A stretch of 64,000 nt of DNA from a virus. Of this stretch, positions 48,670 to 57,349 are shown piece by piece (position 1 is the stretch's first letter; every line of letters begins with the position of its first letter). The DNA lies in IMG/VR virus record IMGVR_UViG_3300017917_001151, positions 18,852 through 82,851 of that record. One strand, 5' to 3'. Position numbers and translations under genes: made by a program. The notes below the pieces were generated by a model. It was not told where the DNA came from and did no database searches. It was given only the letters and a program-made list of their open reading frames with translations.

Positions 48670-50109
48670 ATGAAATATCATAGTGGTGGGCAGCACAACA
48701 TTGCATGGTGCGTACTAGATGTATTAGACAAATGCGACAATCTAGTAGCCAAAGACATTTCTATCAACACTATTGATTTCTTAATTCGCGGATTAATGGT
48801 CAACGAGTATGATGTATTTGTGGGAAAGGATGAACAAGAATTATTGTTAGAAGCTGTAAAAGAAAACAAATATTCTCATGCTGTTATTATATCCACCGGA
48901 ACCTATTTAAGAACCAGTGAAAAATTATTTAAAGAAGTAGAAAATATTTGTCAGCAGGATTTTTTTATTGCAGGTCATGTTCTTAATAGAGGAGATTTTT
49001 ATTTAGAATTACACAAACAATTCTATATAATGAATTTAAAAGATTACCAAGAATTAGGATGTCCCGATATAGAGGAAGGTGCATGGTTTGTTGACGATCC
49101 CCACGAAGAATTTGAACCGAATATTACAGAATTTTCCGACGGCGGCGACGAAGTTATTGAATCAATGTCTATAGGCACAAATAAAAAAGTCTACACATCT
49201 AAATTGCACGGATGGAATATACTTAAACTAGCACTCGAAAACAATAAAAAGACCATAGATGTTGGACAAAGAATTCGTGTAGCAAAACATTATCTATATC
49301 ACGAATACGAGCATGTTTTTATTAACCAATATCCTAAGATCTTTCATCTACAATTATTTGCACACAACGTTGTAGCACCGTGGAACTCTGATCGTGTTTA
49401 TAAAACCCTTCCCTTTGATGGCCCAGTGGAACAATATATTACTCTAGGCACAGGCTTGAACTGGATTAGAAATTTAACGATGATCGGGTATACTGACGAT
49501 ACACGAGTAGTATTCACGGACATAAATCATAACTGTCTTAGATTTATGAAAGAATTAGTTACTACATGGGACGGTGTAGATTACGATCAGTTTTATCATT
49601 CTTTTGAACAATTTTTCCCTAACGGTGTTCCGGACTTTGTTTTTAAAACATTAACTGCTAAAGAAGAGTTTGAAGAATTTAAAAAGTTTTTTGATGACTG
49701 GCCGTCTACTTGGAATAAGGTTAAGAAATTAAATTTTGATTATAAACTAATTGACTACATGGCCGACTACGATCTAACATGGATAGATCCGAATAAGAAG
49801 ACCCTAATGAATTTTAGTGATCTGTTTAATCATTCGCCGTTGATTCCTTTCCAAAGTGTAAAATTTAGAATAGGTGCTGAAAACAGATTAATCAATAATC
49901 TTAATAATATCAATCCCGATATTGTTGCTATATTCACAACTAGATCTGCAACAGGATATAAGTCGTACGACGATACATGGAATGATGATTCTATTGCCTT
50001 TGTCGGAAAAATCAAAGATTTTAAATTGACAAATATCGGTGATTTAAAACCCTTACCGTGGCACGAACACGATTGGAAACCTTTTGGAAGAAGACCATTA
50101 GGTCTTTAA
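48670..50109 (+). CDS. Two-domain hypothetical protein (C-terminal part possibly SAM-binding fold)
   Basis: 479-aa ORF; YITLGTG..VVFTDIN motif. Confidence 0.6.
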   Translation: MKYHSGGQHNIAWCVLDVLDKCDNLVAKDISINTIDFLIRGLMVNEYDVFVGKDEQELLLEAVKENKYSHAVIISTGTYLRTSEKLFKEVENICQQDFFIAGHVLNRGDFYLELHKQFYIMNLKDYQELGCPDIEEGAWFVDDPHEEFEPNITEFSDGGDEVIESMSIGTNKKVYTSKLHGWNILKLALENNKKTIDVGQRIRVAKHYLYHEYEHVFINQYPKIFHLQLFAHNVVAPWNSDRVYKTLPFDGPVEQYITLGTGLNWIRNLTMIGYTDDTRVVFTDINHNCLRFMKELVTTWDGVDYDQFYHSFEQFFPNGVPDFVFKTLTAKEEFEEFKKFFDDWPSTWNKVKKLNFDYKLIDYMADYDLTWIDPNKKTLMNFSDLFNHSPLIPFQSVKFRIGAENRLINNLNNINPDIVAIFTTRSATGYKSYDDTWNDDSIAFVGKIKDFKLTNIGDLKPLPWHEHDWKPFGRRPLGL

Positions 50110-50750
50110 GGTAGATAATCGATAGTTACAAATTCGCCCTCGACTCCTTGACGTTCTGCTGCATCGAGCATTAGTTTTTTCCATTCGGGAAGCGAATCGT
50201 GTCTAGACATAATAACAAAATATCTATCTTCATCGCTGTTATTCCATAATCCGTGATAATAATGAATGTTCATAGCATAGGCATGTCCGGGCTCCATCTT
50301 TAAATCTGGACTGCCATCCTGCCACTTCCACACAAATCCTTCGGGACTATTTAGAACAAAAGAAATATTATCTATTAGGGGACCTTTGCTGTCGCTATGA
50401 TAGTTAATATGGCCGCCTGCTTCTAGTAACATGAATCGAATTCGTCCATACTTATTGCAGGGAAAATGATTTAAAAAATAATTTTTAGTAACTGGTGCGA
50501 GGTCAGATGCTTCAGTCCAGTGCATTAGTCTACTGGCTTCTTGAGGATCGGTAATTCCGTATTGTTTCCATGCTCCGGTCTTATGCTCATCAAGGCCGTG
50601 TAATACTAAACCATGCCATCCTTTACTTTCTGTATCTCTGTGCTGCGAAAATCTGTATCTAAGAGAACGTGCTTCTTCGAGCATTTCTTCGTAGGGAAAT
50701 TCGATGTTTAAATCTAAGTACTTGGCCTTTGATGCAAAATATTCTCTCAT
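50106..50750 (-). CDS. Asp/Asn beta-hydroxylase-like oxygenase
   Basis: RIRFMLL..GG.I.YHSD and HGLWNNSDEDR motifs. Confidence 0.8.
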   Translation of the reverse strand: MREYFASKAKYLDLNIEFPYEEMLEEARSLRYRFSQHRDTESKGWHGLVLHGLDEHKTGAWKQYGITDPQEASRLMHWTEASDLAPVTKNYFLNHFPCNKYGRIRFMLLEAGGHINYHSDSKGPLIDNISFVLNSPEGFVWKWQDGSPDLKMEPGHAYAMNIHYYHGLWNNSDEDRYFVIMSRHDSLPEWKKLMLDAAERQGVEGEFVTIDYLP

Positions 50751-50751
50751 A

Positions 50752-51510
50752 TTAATCCTTTAATGTTAGGGTTTCGATATCGTCCCAAATATCACCTTCT
50801 AACTCTTTAAATGCTGAAATAAAATTAAACACATTATCAACAGGCAATGTTTTTAAAATTTCTAATTTAACATTCCACCATCGTGTGGCTAACAATTCTT
50901 CTTTTATTTTATCAGGAAACCTATCTCTAATCTTTTTAGAAGTTACGCCACCTACTATTGTGTAAGGTTCTACATCTTTGGTAACAACAGCATTGGCAGC
51001 AACTACAGCCCCGTCGCCTATTTTTATGCCAGGCATAACAATAATACCATCGCCGAGATAAACATCGTTTCCAATAACAACAGGTTCGCTATTCATAGCT
51101 CTACTGCTAGTCCTATTTCTAGGAATATCTAAAATTTCAAGCTCGTAATCAGAATAATTTGATTCCCTGGCCATGATGGTATCTGGATTAATACTTACTC
51201 CGGAAAAGTTATGCATGCCTGCAGCGATAGTACAGCGATATCCTATACCGCTATGCCTACCCATAAAGACATTTGATCGCATATAACCACCACTTCGAAT
51301 GCTAGAATATGCACCGATAAAAATTCTATTTGGAGCATCTTGAAAACTCGGACTCCAATTCATAGAACCTTTTTCGAATAATGTTCCTTTTAGATGAGCA
51401 ATATCCTGACGCCTAATTTTGTAATCGTCTAATTGGTTCTCTACCAAATCGATATCTGCAGATATGGTCCTATTTAAAAATTCTTGGAGTTTATCTTCTA
51501 TGTGCTTCAT
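50752..51510 (-). CDS. Hexapeptide-repeat O-acetyltransferase (CatB/Vat-like)
   Basis: IGNDVYLG, IGDGAVVAANAVVTKDVEPYTIVGG and WWN motifs. Confidence 0.88.
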   Translation of the reverse strand: MKHIEDKLQEFLNRTISADIDLVENQLDDYKIRRQDIAHLKGTLFEKGSMNWSPSFQDAPNRIFIGAYSSIRSGGYMRSNVFMGRHSGIGYRCTIAAGMHNFSGVSINPDTIMARESNYSDYELEILDIPRNRTSSRAMNSEPVVIGNDVYLGDGIIVMPGIKIGDGAVVAANAVVTKDVEPYTIVGGVTSKKIRDRFPDKIKEELLATRWWNVKLEILKTLPVDNVFNFISAFKELEGDIWDDIETLTLKD

Positions 51511-51515
51511 GATGA

Positions 51516-51545
51516 TATTTATAGGGCAAACTGGATACATAAATA
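51516..51545. promoter_or_regulatory. Divergent TAAATA motifs
   Basis: Minus 51521-51516 and plus 51540-51545, each 5 nt from an ATG (51510, 51551). Confidence 0.7.
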
Positions 51546-51550
51546 GATTT

Positions 51551-52111
51551 ATGGATTTTACTGATATTAAAGCTGCGGCTGTAGATTTAGAAGTTAACGA
51601 TGATCAGTTAACCAACGAATTATTGTCAATACCAGACGACAAATGGAACACTGGTAAAGATCAATATTCTGGACACCTATGGAAAAATATTTTTTTAACA
51701 AAAAATAATAAAGAAGAATTTGATGATTTTAAATCTGCAAAGGCTATCCCTCATTCGGCATGGAAGTGGGACGATGATTTAAATATACCGTACATAAAAT
51801 CTCTAGTTGAGGCATTACCTGTTAAACATATTGGCATGGTTAGAGCATTTATTTTAGATGGACCTCTGGTAATGCATGTTGATAGTAACGAAACAACTCC
51901 AGAAGATATATCTTACAAATTGGGATTAACTATCGCTTCTAAGTTAGAGTCGCCTATGACAATGCCAGGTATAACTGTAGAAGAAAAATATGTGTTATTC
52001 AACGATAGTTTCCCTCACGGATTTCCAGACGGTCAAGGTCAGCAAATTAGTATACGTGTGTTTGGCGACTTTGACTACGACAAATTTAAAATTAAAAAAA
52101 TTTACAAATGA
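51551..52111 (+). CDS. Asp/Asn beta-hydroxylase-like oxygenase
   Basis: MHVD and FND..PHG motifs. Confidence 0.6.
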   Translation: MDFTDIKAAAVDLEVNDDQLTNELLSIPDDKWNTGKDQYSGHLWKNIFLTKNNKEEFDDFKSAKAIPHSAWKWDDDLNIPYIKSLVEALPVKHIGMVRAFILDGPLVMHVDSNETTPEDISYKLGLTIASKLESPMTMPGITVEEKYVLFNDSFPHGFPDGQGQQISIRVFGDFDYDKFKIKKIYK

Positions 52112-52563
52112 ACGTAGAATACTTAGACCTTCCAAAAATTCCTGAAAATTTAATAGTTGACATATATCAAACTATTAGAAATACAGAACCTAATCTACGT
52201 CACTCTGTTCCTGAAGGAACAGATGCTGAAAAACACAATGCCTGGAATAGTATAAAGGCCAGCGAACAGTTAAAAGAGTTTACACGTTCTATTTTTAATT
52301 TTGAACACGATGTACATATATTTGTATTATCGGGAGATCTTCCAATACATAAAGACAATACTAGAGATGTTGCCTATAATTATGTTCTGGAAACAGGAGG
52401 TGCGAGTACAAACTTCCATAATGAAAATAAAGAATTGATAGAAGAGCATAATATAGAAACTTTTAAGTGGCACAAATTAAATGTAAAAGAATTTCACAGT
52501 GTGTCTATTCCCCAGCCTCCCAGAGTGTTGGTTAGTGTATCTGTGTTTTGGAAAAATCAATGA
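52108..52563 (+). CDS. Cupin/2OG oxygenase-like protein
   Basis: IHKD, NY and FHSV...R motifs. Confidence 0.6.
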   Translation: MNVEYLDLPKIPENLIVDIYQTIRNTEPNLRHSVPEGTDAEKHNAWNSIKASEQLKEFTRSIFNFEHDVHIFVLSGDLPIHKDNTRDVAYNYVLETGGASTNFHNENKELIEEHNIETFKWHKLNVKEFHSVSIPQPPRVLVSVSVFWKNQ

Positions 52564-53711
52564 ACATTCCTATTAATTTTAGAATAAATCAATTTTCAAA
52601 TATTCAATCTGATATATTTGAAAATGCTATTAACAATGTGCATGGACAAATCCTTAAAGAAACTATCAGCATTTGTCATCAATGTCATTATCATATTCCT
52701 GCATATACATATGTTTTAAACAATCAACTATGGTTAGTTAAACATTGTAAGACTCACGGAATTTCTCATCATATGATCGAAAGAGATTATGACTTTTATT
52801 CTAAATTAGTTTACATCACCAAAGAAGATACAAAACAAGACCTGCAGATTATTACAGAGGTAACAGATAGATGTAATATCGATTGTCCTCATTGCTATCA
52901 TATTCCAGATAATAAAATTGTTGATACTCCCATTCCGGAATTGATAGAAAAATTTAGGTCATGGAATCTAGATATGGAGAGGGCGATATTTGTTCTTGCA
53001 GGAGCAGAACCAACCCTAAGAAAAGATTTTCCAGAACTAGTTAAGACATTAAAAGAAACGTGGCCTTCTCGTGTTGTTGTATTAACTAACGGCATTAGAT
53101 ATCATGATAGAGATTTAGTACAGGCGTCTATTGATGCAGGACTAGATTCAGTATGTGTTGGATTAAATCATCCTAGCTATATTAATAATCCGACGATACG
53201 AAAAAAACAAATAGATGGAATTAATAATTGTTTTGAAATGGGATTAACTGTAGAAACTATTTCTTATACAATGTCTAGTGTATCCGAGCTACATGATATC
53301 TTAGAAGAAATTATGTCTAGTAATTGGCCTGCAAGATTTTTTAGAATTAGATACGGCAGCGATATAGGTCGTTATCCTGAACAGGAAAGATTGTATCTCA
53401 GCGACACATATAAACTTGTAAAACAATGGTGTGCGGATCACGGAAAAGAATTTAACGATCTTCCAGGAGATAACAATTTATATCATACGATGGTCGCAGT
53501 TGATGGAAAAGTAATTAGACTAATACAGTGGTGTGACGAAACTGATATTAATATGGAAGAATTAGACTGTGGACCATACGCAGATTTTTCTTCAGATGGA
53601 ATCACTAACTTTTTACATTCAGTTATTAGAAGAGATGTAGAAAAGAATCAAAAAATTATGTTGCCTGATACTGTACCAGAGAAATATAAATTTAAGCAGT
53701 CTTCCATGTAG
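52560..53711 (+). CDS. Radical SAM protein, group E
   Basis: CHQC...CKTHG, CNIDCPHC and GAEPT motifs; ATGA coupling at 52560. Confidence 0.9.
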   Translation: MNIPINFRINQFSNIQSDIFENAINNVHGQILKETISICHQCHYHIPAYTYVLNNQLWLVKHCKTHGISHHMIERDYDFYSKLVYITKEDTKQDLQIITEVTDRCNIDCPHCYHIPDNKIVDTPIPELIEKFRSWNLDMERAIFVLAGAEPTLRKDFPELVKTLKETWPSRVVVLTNGIRYHDRDLVQASIDAGLDSVCVGLNHPSYINNPTIRKKQIDGINNCFEMGLTVETISYTMSSVSELHDILEEIMSSNWPARFFRIRYGSDIGRYPEQERLYLSDTYKLVKQWCADHGKEFNDLPGDNNLYHTMVAVDGKVIRLIQWCDETDINMEELDCGPYADFSSDGITNFLHSVIRRDVEKNQKIMLPDTVPEKYKFKQSSM

Positions 53712-54336
53712 ACCCTGTAGATTCTAATTTTCTTCTCAAGAATTTTTTAGATTTTATATCAAACAAATCACCTGTCGGGAATCCGTTGATAAGGCACTCT
53801 CCGTCATCTGCAAATTCTACGGTATATCCCTCTTTGGTAGTAAAGTCAAACTGTTCAGAATTATAACCTAAAAATACAGGAGGTGGTTGCTCAGTCATTC
53901 CGTACCAATTAGCAACTAATTGAACTCCTTTACTTAAGAAGTCATCTATCATGGTTTGAGGAACAGGCCCGCTTCCAGTTACCATATAGCGAACACAGCT
54001 CATATCCATGTTTGACCACATCGGATTTTCTTTTAATATTTCCCAATGCCTAGGAATGAGAGCAATATATGTAGGTCGATGTTGATTAAATCTTTGCAGA
54101 TAATCAATGGCTTCAAATTTGGCAGAAATAAGTTTAGCACCTGCTCTATATGCTGGCATAGCACTAACGGTATAATGTGCAATAGTGTTTCCGGGAAATA
54201 CATCTAAAACAACATCATTGGATGTTAGCCCAATCTCCTTAATCGATCTCTGGATTGATTGTTCGATAAATTTCCACGAATGCACAATTTCTTTTGGGGG
54301 TTTAGTTGTTCCTGATGTTAGTAATGTTAAACTCAT
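53692..54336 (-). CDS. Minimal AMP-binding (ANL superfamily) enzyme
   Basis: TSGTTKPPK, YGMTE and TGDL core motifs in only 214 aa; TAAATA 4 nt upstream. Confidence 0.8.
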   Translation of the reverse strand: MSLTLLTSGTTKPPKEIVHSWKFIEQSIQRSIKEIGLTSNDVVLDVFPGNTIAHYTVSAMPAYRAGAKLISAKFEAIDYLQRFNQHRPTYIALIPRHWEILKENPMWSNMDMSCVRYMVTGSGPVPQTMIDDFLSKGVQLVANWYGMTEQPPPVFLGYNSEQFDFTTKEGYTVEFADDGECLINGFPTGDLFDIKSKKFLRRKLESTGSTWKTA

Positions 54337-54354
54337 CACGTATTTAATAGCCAC

Positions 54355-54385
54355 AAAAAAAGCCCACCATAAAGGTGGGCTTTTT
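54355..54385. terminator. Intrinsic terminator (bidirectional-looking)
   Basis: AAAAAGCCCACC-ATAAA-GGTGGGCTTTTT. Confidence 0.88.
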
Positions 54386-54395
54386 CGATTATAAA

Positions 54396-55553
54396 TTAAC
54401 TTATATCAATCCAACCAGGTGTACTGTTAGATGGTCCGCCACCAGCGAGTCCTGTATCGGAAACATATCCTTTAAACTTCTTAGTCGTAGTGTCAAAAAT
54501 AATAAGTCCTTCAACTCCCGGAGGAACGGCAGGATATGATCCAGAACCAGCATATCCACCTGCTAAGAACATCGGAGCATAAAATGCTCCTGCAGCATTC
54601 AGAATTGCATAAGAATTAGTTCCTCCACTATTTACAATGAAATATAGATCGGAGCCTGGATTAGGATCATTAAAATCTGCTGTTGGATTCCATGCAGAAA
54701 CAATAGAAGCCATGTTTTGATAGTCACCGTCTCTCCAGCCTGCGAAAGAAAGTCTGGAAACAAAGTCACCGGCTACGGTATTTGTGGGAGAATTGATAGC
54801 TCCTTTACTTCCGTTGATCTCAACAGATGCATTGTTAGTACCTAAAGATCCGTCAGTAAGACCGTGCATTGAAAGACCTGCACTGTTAGAAGATTCAACG
54901 ATGAGCTGGAATGCTCCTGAATTAATTCTGTTACCAGAAATTGTAATACTTGATGTTCTTAATGCTCCGGAAGCCCCGTCAACTAAAATTGTACTATCGT
55001 CACCAACTACAGAACCTTTAACATCACCAGTATGATATCCGGTTGAATTACCAAACAACTCACCTGTAACATTACCAGTTACATCACCAGTTACATTGCC
55101 TGTAACATTTCCAGTTAAATTGCCTGTAACATTACCTGTAACATTACCTGTAACATTACCTGTAACATCTGCAAAAACTGGAGCAACAATTCTTCCGGAA
55201 ATACCATCAACTAAAAGGGTAGAATCATCTGCAAAAACAGAACCTTTTACTGAATTAGCAACAACTGGTCCTTGAAAGTTTGATAAATCTACATTAGCTG
55301 AAATAGTATTTGCTACGGTATTATAGGTAAAAGTAATACCGCTGTGGGTGCCTCCTGTAAAAATAGATGCGGCAGCATCTTTAGCATCGCCATCTGTATA
55401 ACCTGTGATCGGTACTCCGCCTAAAGTAGTTCCATTACCAATGTATAATTTTTCGGATCCCGGATTGGTAACGAATAATAGCTCGCCAACGGCAAGCGGT
55501 TGTATCATGGCATTTCTTTCTGCTTCAGTGCCTCTGCGAATCTGTAAGGGCAT
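54396..55553 (-). CDS. Tail-fibre-like structural protein
   Basis: MPLQIRRGT..GEL...LYIGNG N-terminus typical of phage fibre proteins; GNVT repeats; TAAATA upstream. Confidence 0.7.
   Translation of the reverse strand: MPLQIRRGTEAERNAMIQPLAVGELLFVTNPGSEKLYIGNGTTLGGVPITGYTDGDAKDAAASIFTGGTHSGITFTYNTVANTISANVDLSNFQGPVVANSVKGSVFADDSTLLVDGISGRIVAPVFADVTGNVTGNVTGNVTGNLTGNVTGNVTGDVTGNVTGELFGNSTGYHTGDVKGSVVGDDSTILVDGASGALRTSSITISGNRINSGAFQLIVESSNSAGLSMHGLTDGSLGTNNASVEINGSKGAINSPTNTVAGDFVSRLSFAGWRDGDYQNMASIVSAWNPTADFNDPNPGSDLYFIVNSGGTNSYAILNAAGAFYAPMFLAGGYAGSGSYPAVPPGVEGLIIFDTTTKKFKGYVSDTGLAGGGPSNSTPGWIDIS
55062..55169 (-). repeat. 12-bp coding tandem repeat (about 9 units, G-N/D-V/L-T)
   Basis: Degenerate ACCTGTAACATT units on the plus strand. 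Confidence 0.9.
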
Positions 55554-55600
55554 ATTAATAACTCCTGGAAATTTCCTAGCTCATTATATTTATGCCAGCC

Positions 55601-55628
55601 AAAAAAATAGGGCTCCGAAGAGCCCTAT
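55601..55628 (-). terminator. Intrinsic terminator
   Basis: ATAGGGCTC-TTCG-GAGCCCTAT followed by a T run on the minus strand. Confidence 0.88.
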
Positions 55629-55645
55629 AAAGTGCGTAGTTAATG

Positions 55646-56251
55646 TCACATAGTAGGACCGTTACCGTTCCTAAAACCCACTGAACCACCTTCTTCTTCT
55701 ATACGCTTTATAACGTCTTCGAACAAAATAGGTGCAAAGTCTGGTGTTTGTTCTACGCAAACGCAATGATATCTTGGATCAATTTCGTCACTGTACAATA
55801 CAGCGCCTGTCTTAGCATCCACACCACGAGCCTTCTTAACACGATTTGCGTGTAAGTGTCCGTGGATGTTAACACCAAAACGACCCAAACTTGCTTCGTG
55901 TACAGGAATATGACTCAATATCATACCGTTCATAACGTGGTAAGCACGTAACTCACGGAAGTATTGACGGTAGTCCTCGTCACGAAAAATGTCGTGGTTT
56001 CCGCGGATTAAAACCTTATCTCCGTTTAATCTACGCAACGTGGCCAAAGCCTTACGGTTAATAACAACGTCACCTAAGTGATAGACCTTGTCAGTAGGCT
56101 TAACCCTTTCGTTCCAAGCCTTGACCATAGCTTCGTCCATTTCTGCAGGATCGTCCCAGGGTCTCAATTTTGTAAAACCATCTTCTCGAGTGAAACGGCA
56201 CACGCCAGCGTGGCCGAAGTGCGTATCACTCACTAAAAATACGCTAGGCAT
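55646..56251 (-). CDS. Calcineurin-like metallophosphoesterase
   Basis: SDTHFGH, HLGD, GNHD and HGHLH motifs. Confidence 0.92.
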   Translation of the reverse strand: MPSVFLVSDTHFGHAGVCRFTREDGFTKLRPWDDPAEMDEAMVKAWNERVKPTDKVYHLGDVVINRKALATLRRLNGDKVLIRGNHDIFRDEDYRQYFRELRAYHVMNGMILSHIPVHEASLGRFGVNIHGHLHANRVKKARGVDAKTGAVLYSDEIDPRYHCVCVEQTPDFAPILFEDVIKRIEEEGGSVGFRNGNGPTM

Positions 56252-56266
56252 AGTGCCCTCCTTTCT

Positions 56267-56635
56267 TTACTTTTTTATTTCATCTAGGACAGAAAACAGT
56301 TCTGACCATTGTTTGCTAGGATTTGCGCCTTCATCTAACCCACGAAGGATCGTCAACAGCTTTTCATCCTCGGGCAGTTTAAAGTAGATGTTAGCATAAG
56401 TGCAGTCGAAATCGTCGTCTGCATCGTGGCTGTACCAAGGGTGTTCTGACATTTCATCAAAAACATCTTCATAGTCCTCACGATTGCCGCCACCGTTTCG
56501 TGTGTGAACAACAATGCAACCATCTTCCATATAAACATTGCGAAAGCGACCAAAGTCCTCTCGTGTTTTGCCCAAAATCTCTAACAGTTTGTCAGAGTCC
56601 GGATTCATACCAAAAACCAGATTGTACAATGACAT
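56267..56635 (-). CDS. Hypothetical protein
   Basis: GGAG RBS; GRFR, TRNGGGNRE and DDFDCTYA motifs. Confidence 0.8.
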   Translation of the reverse strand: MSLYNLVFGMNPDSDKLLEILGKTREDFGRFRNVYMEDGCIVVHTRNGGGNREDYEDVFDEMSEHPWYSHDADDDFDCTYANIYFKLPEDEKLLTILRGLDEGANPSKQWSELFSVLDEIKK

Positions 56636-56644
56636 ACCTACTCC

Positions 56645-56878
56645 TTACAACTTTAACAGCACCATTGTGGCTGTAGATTCGTTTTTCATTCCGACATAGT
56701 ATGGTCTACCTGTCGGTGTTTGCTTCCCCCAAAAGGTAGAATCCCAACGCCATCCTTCTAATTCTTTTACAGCCTGTTCAATCCTATGAGAATCTCTATC
56801 CCAACGATTTACACGAAAGGCATAGCGATAGCCTTTGTGATACAGATTGTGTCTGCGGTCTAATTTTATTAGCTTCAC
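56645..56878 (-). CDS. Hypothetical protein
   Basis: AGGAGG RBS before a GTG start. Confidence 0.7.
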   Translation of the reverse strand: MKLIKLDRRHNLYHKGYRYAFRVNRWDRDSHRIEQAVKELEGWRWDSTFWGKQTPTGRPYYVGMKNESTATMVLLKL

Positions 56879-56890
56879 TTTGCCCTCCTT

Positions 56891-57298
56891 TCATCGTTCA
56901 ACTACCTTTCTAAACAGTAGTTCTTGTTTCGAAAATGCTTCGATTTCCCACGGCATGTTCAAATACTTGTGGTTCTTGCGATAGCGTTTGCCTTTCCAAT
57001 AGCTCACTCCGTTAACCTGTTTCAGTGTGCCTTTAGCCAACTGTTTAACATGCACCATTTCGTGAGCTAGTGTAATACCCATGTCCTTGAGACTTTTAGG
57101 TTTGATTAGTACAACATAACTATCGATCACATCCAGCGGAGCAGTAGCACCTTCCATAGTGTCTAGATCTTGGTTAGTGACCTTGATCATAACTGTCTTA
57201 CGGCTACGGCTTAGTTTGAGTTCTTTGATCATCCTAGGGACGATAATATCAAAAAAAGCCTTAGTGCGTTTGCTTCGGGTTACGATGATATAGTCCAT
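56891..57298 (-). CDS. Zn metallopeptidase-like protein
   Basis: LAHEMVH (HExxH) and PWEIEA motifs. Confidence 0.75.
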   Translation of the reverse strand: MDYIIVTRSKRTKAFFDIIVPRMIKELKLSRSRKTVMIKVTNQDLDTMEGATAPLDVIDSYVVLIKPKSLKDMGITLAHEMVHVKQLAKGTLKQVNGVSYWKGKRYRKNHKYLNMPWEIEAFSKQELLFRKVVER

Positions 57299-57320
57299 GT
57301 CGCTCTCTCAGTATGTGTAT

Positions 57321-57349
57321 ATTATACACTCAATTGCTCAAATAGTCAA
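57321..57349 (-). promoter_or_regulatory. sigma70 promoter
   Basis: TTGACT-N17-TATAAT. Confidence 0.8.

Noticed and set aside
50752-51510. Antibiotic-resistance gene (catB/vat)
   Set aside because: Only the generic hexapeptide acetyltransferase fold is supported; the context suggests a tailoring enzyme.
17070-54336. RiPP precursor peptide within the enzyme cluster
   Set aside because: Intergenic gaps are under about 70 nt and hold promoter motifs. I found no convincing short ORF, though one could lie outside the window.
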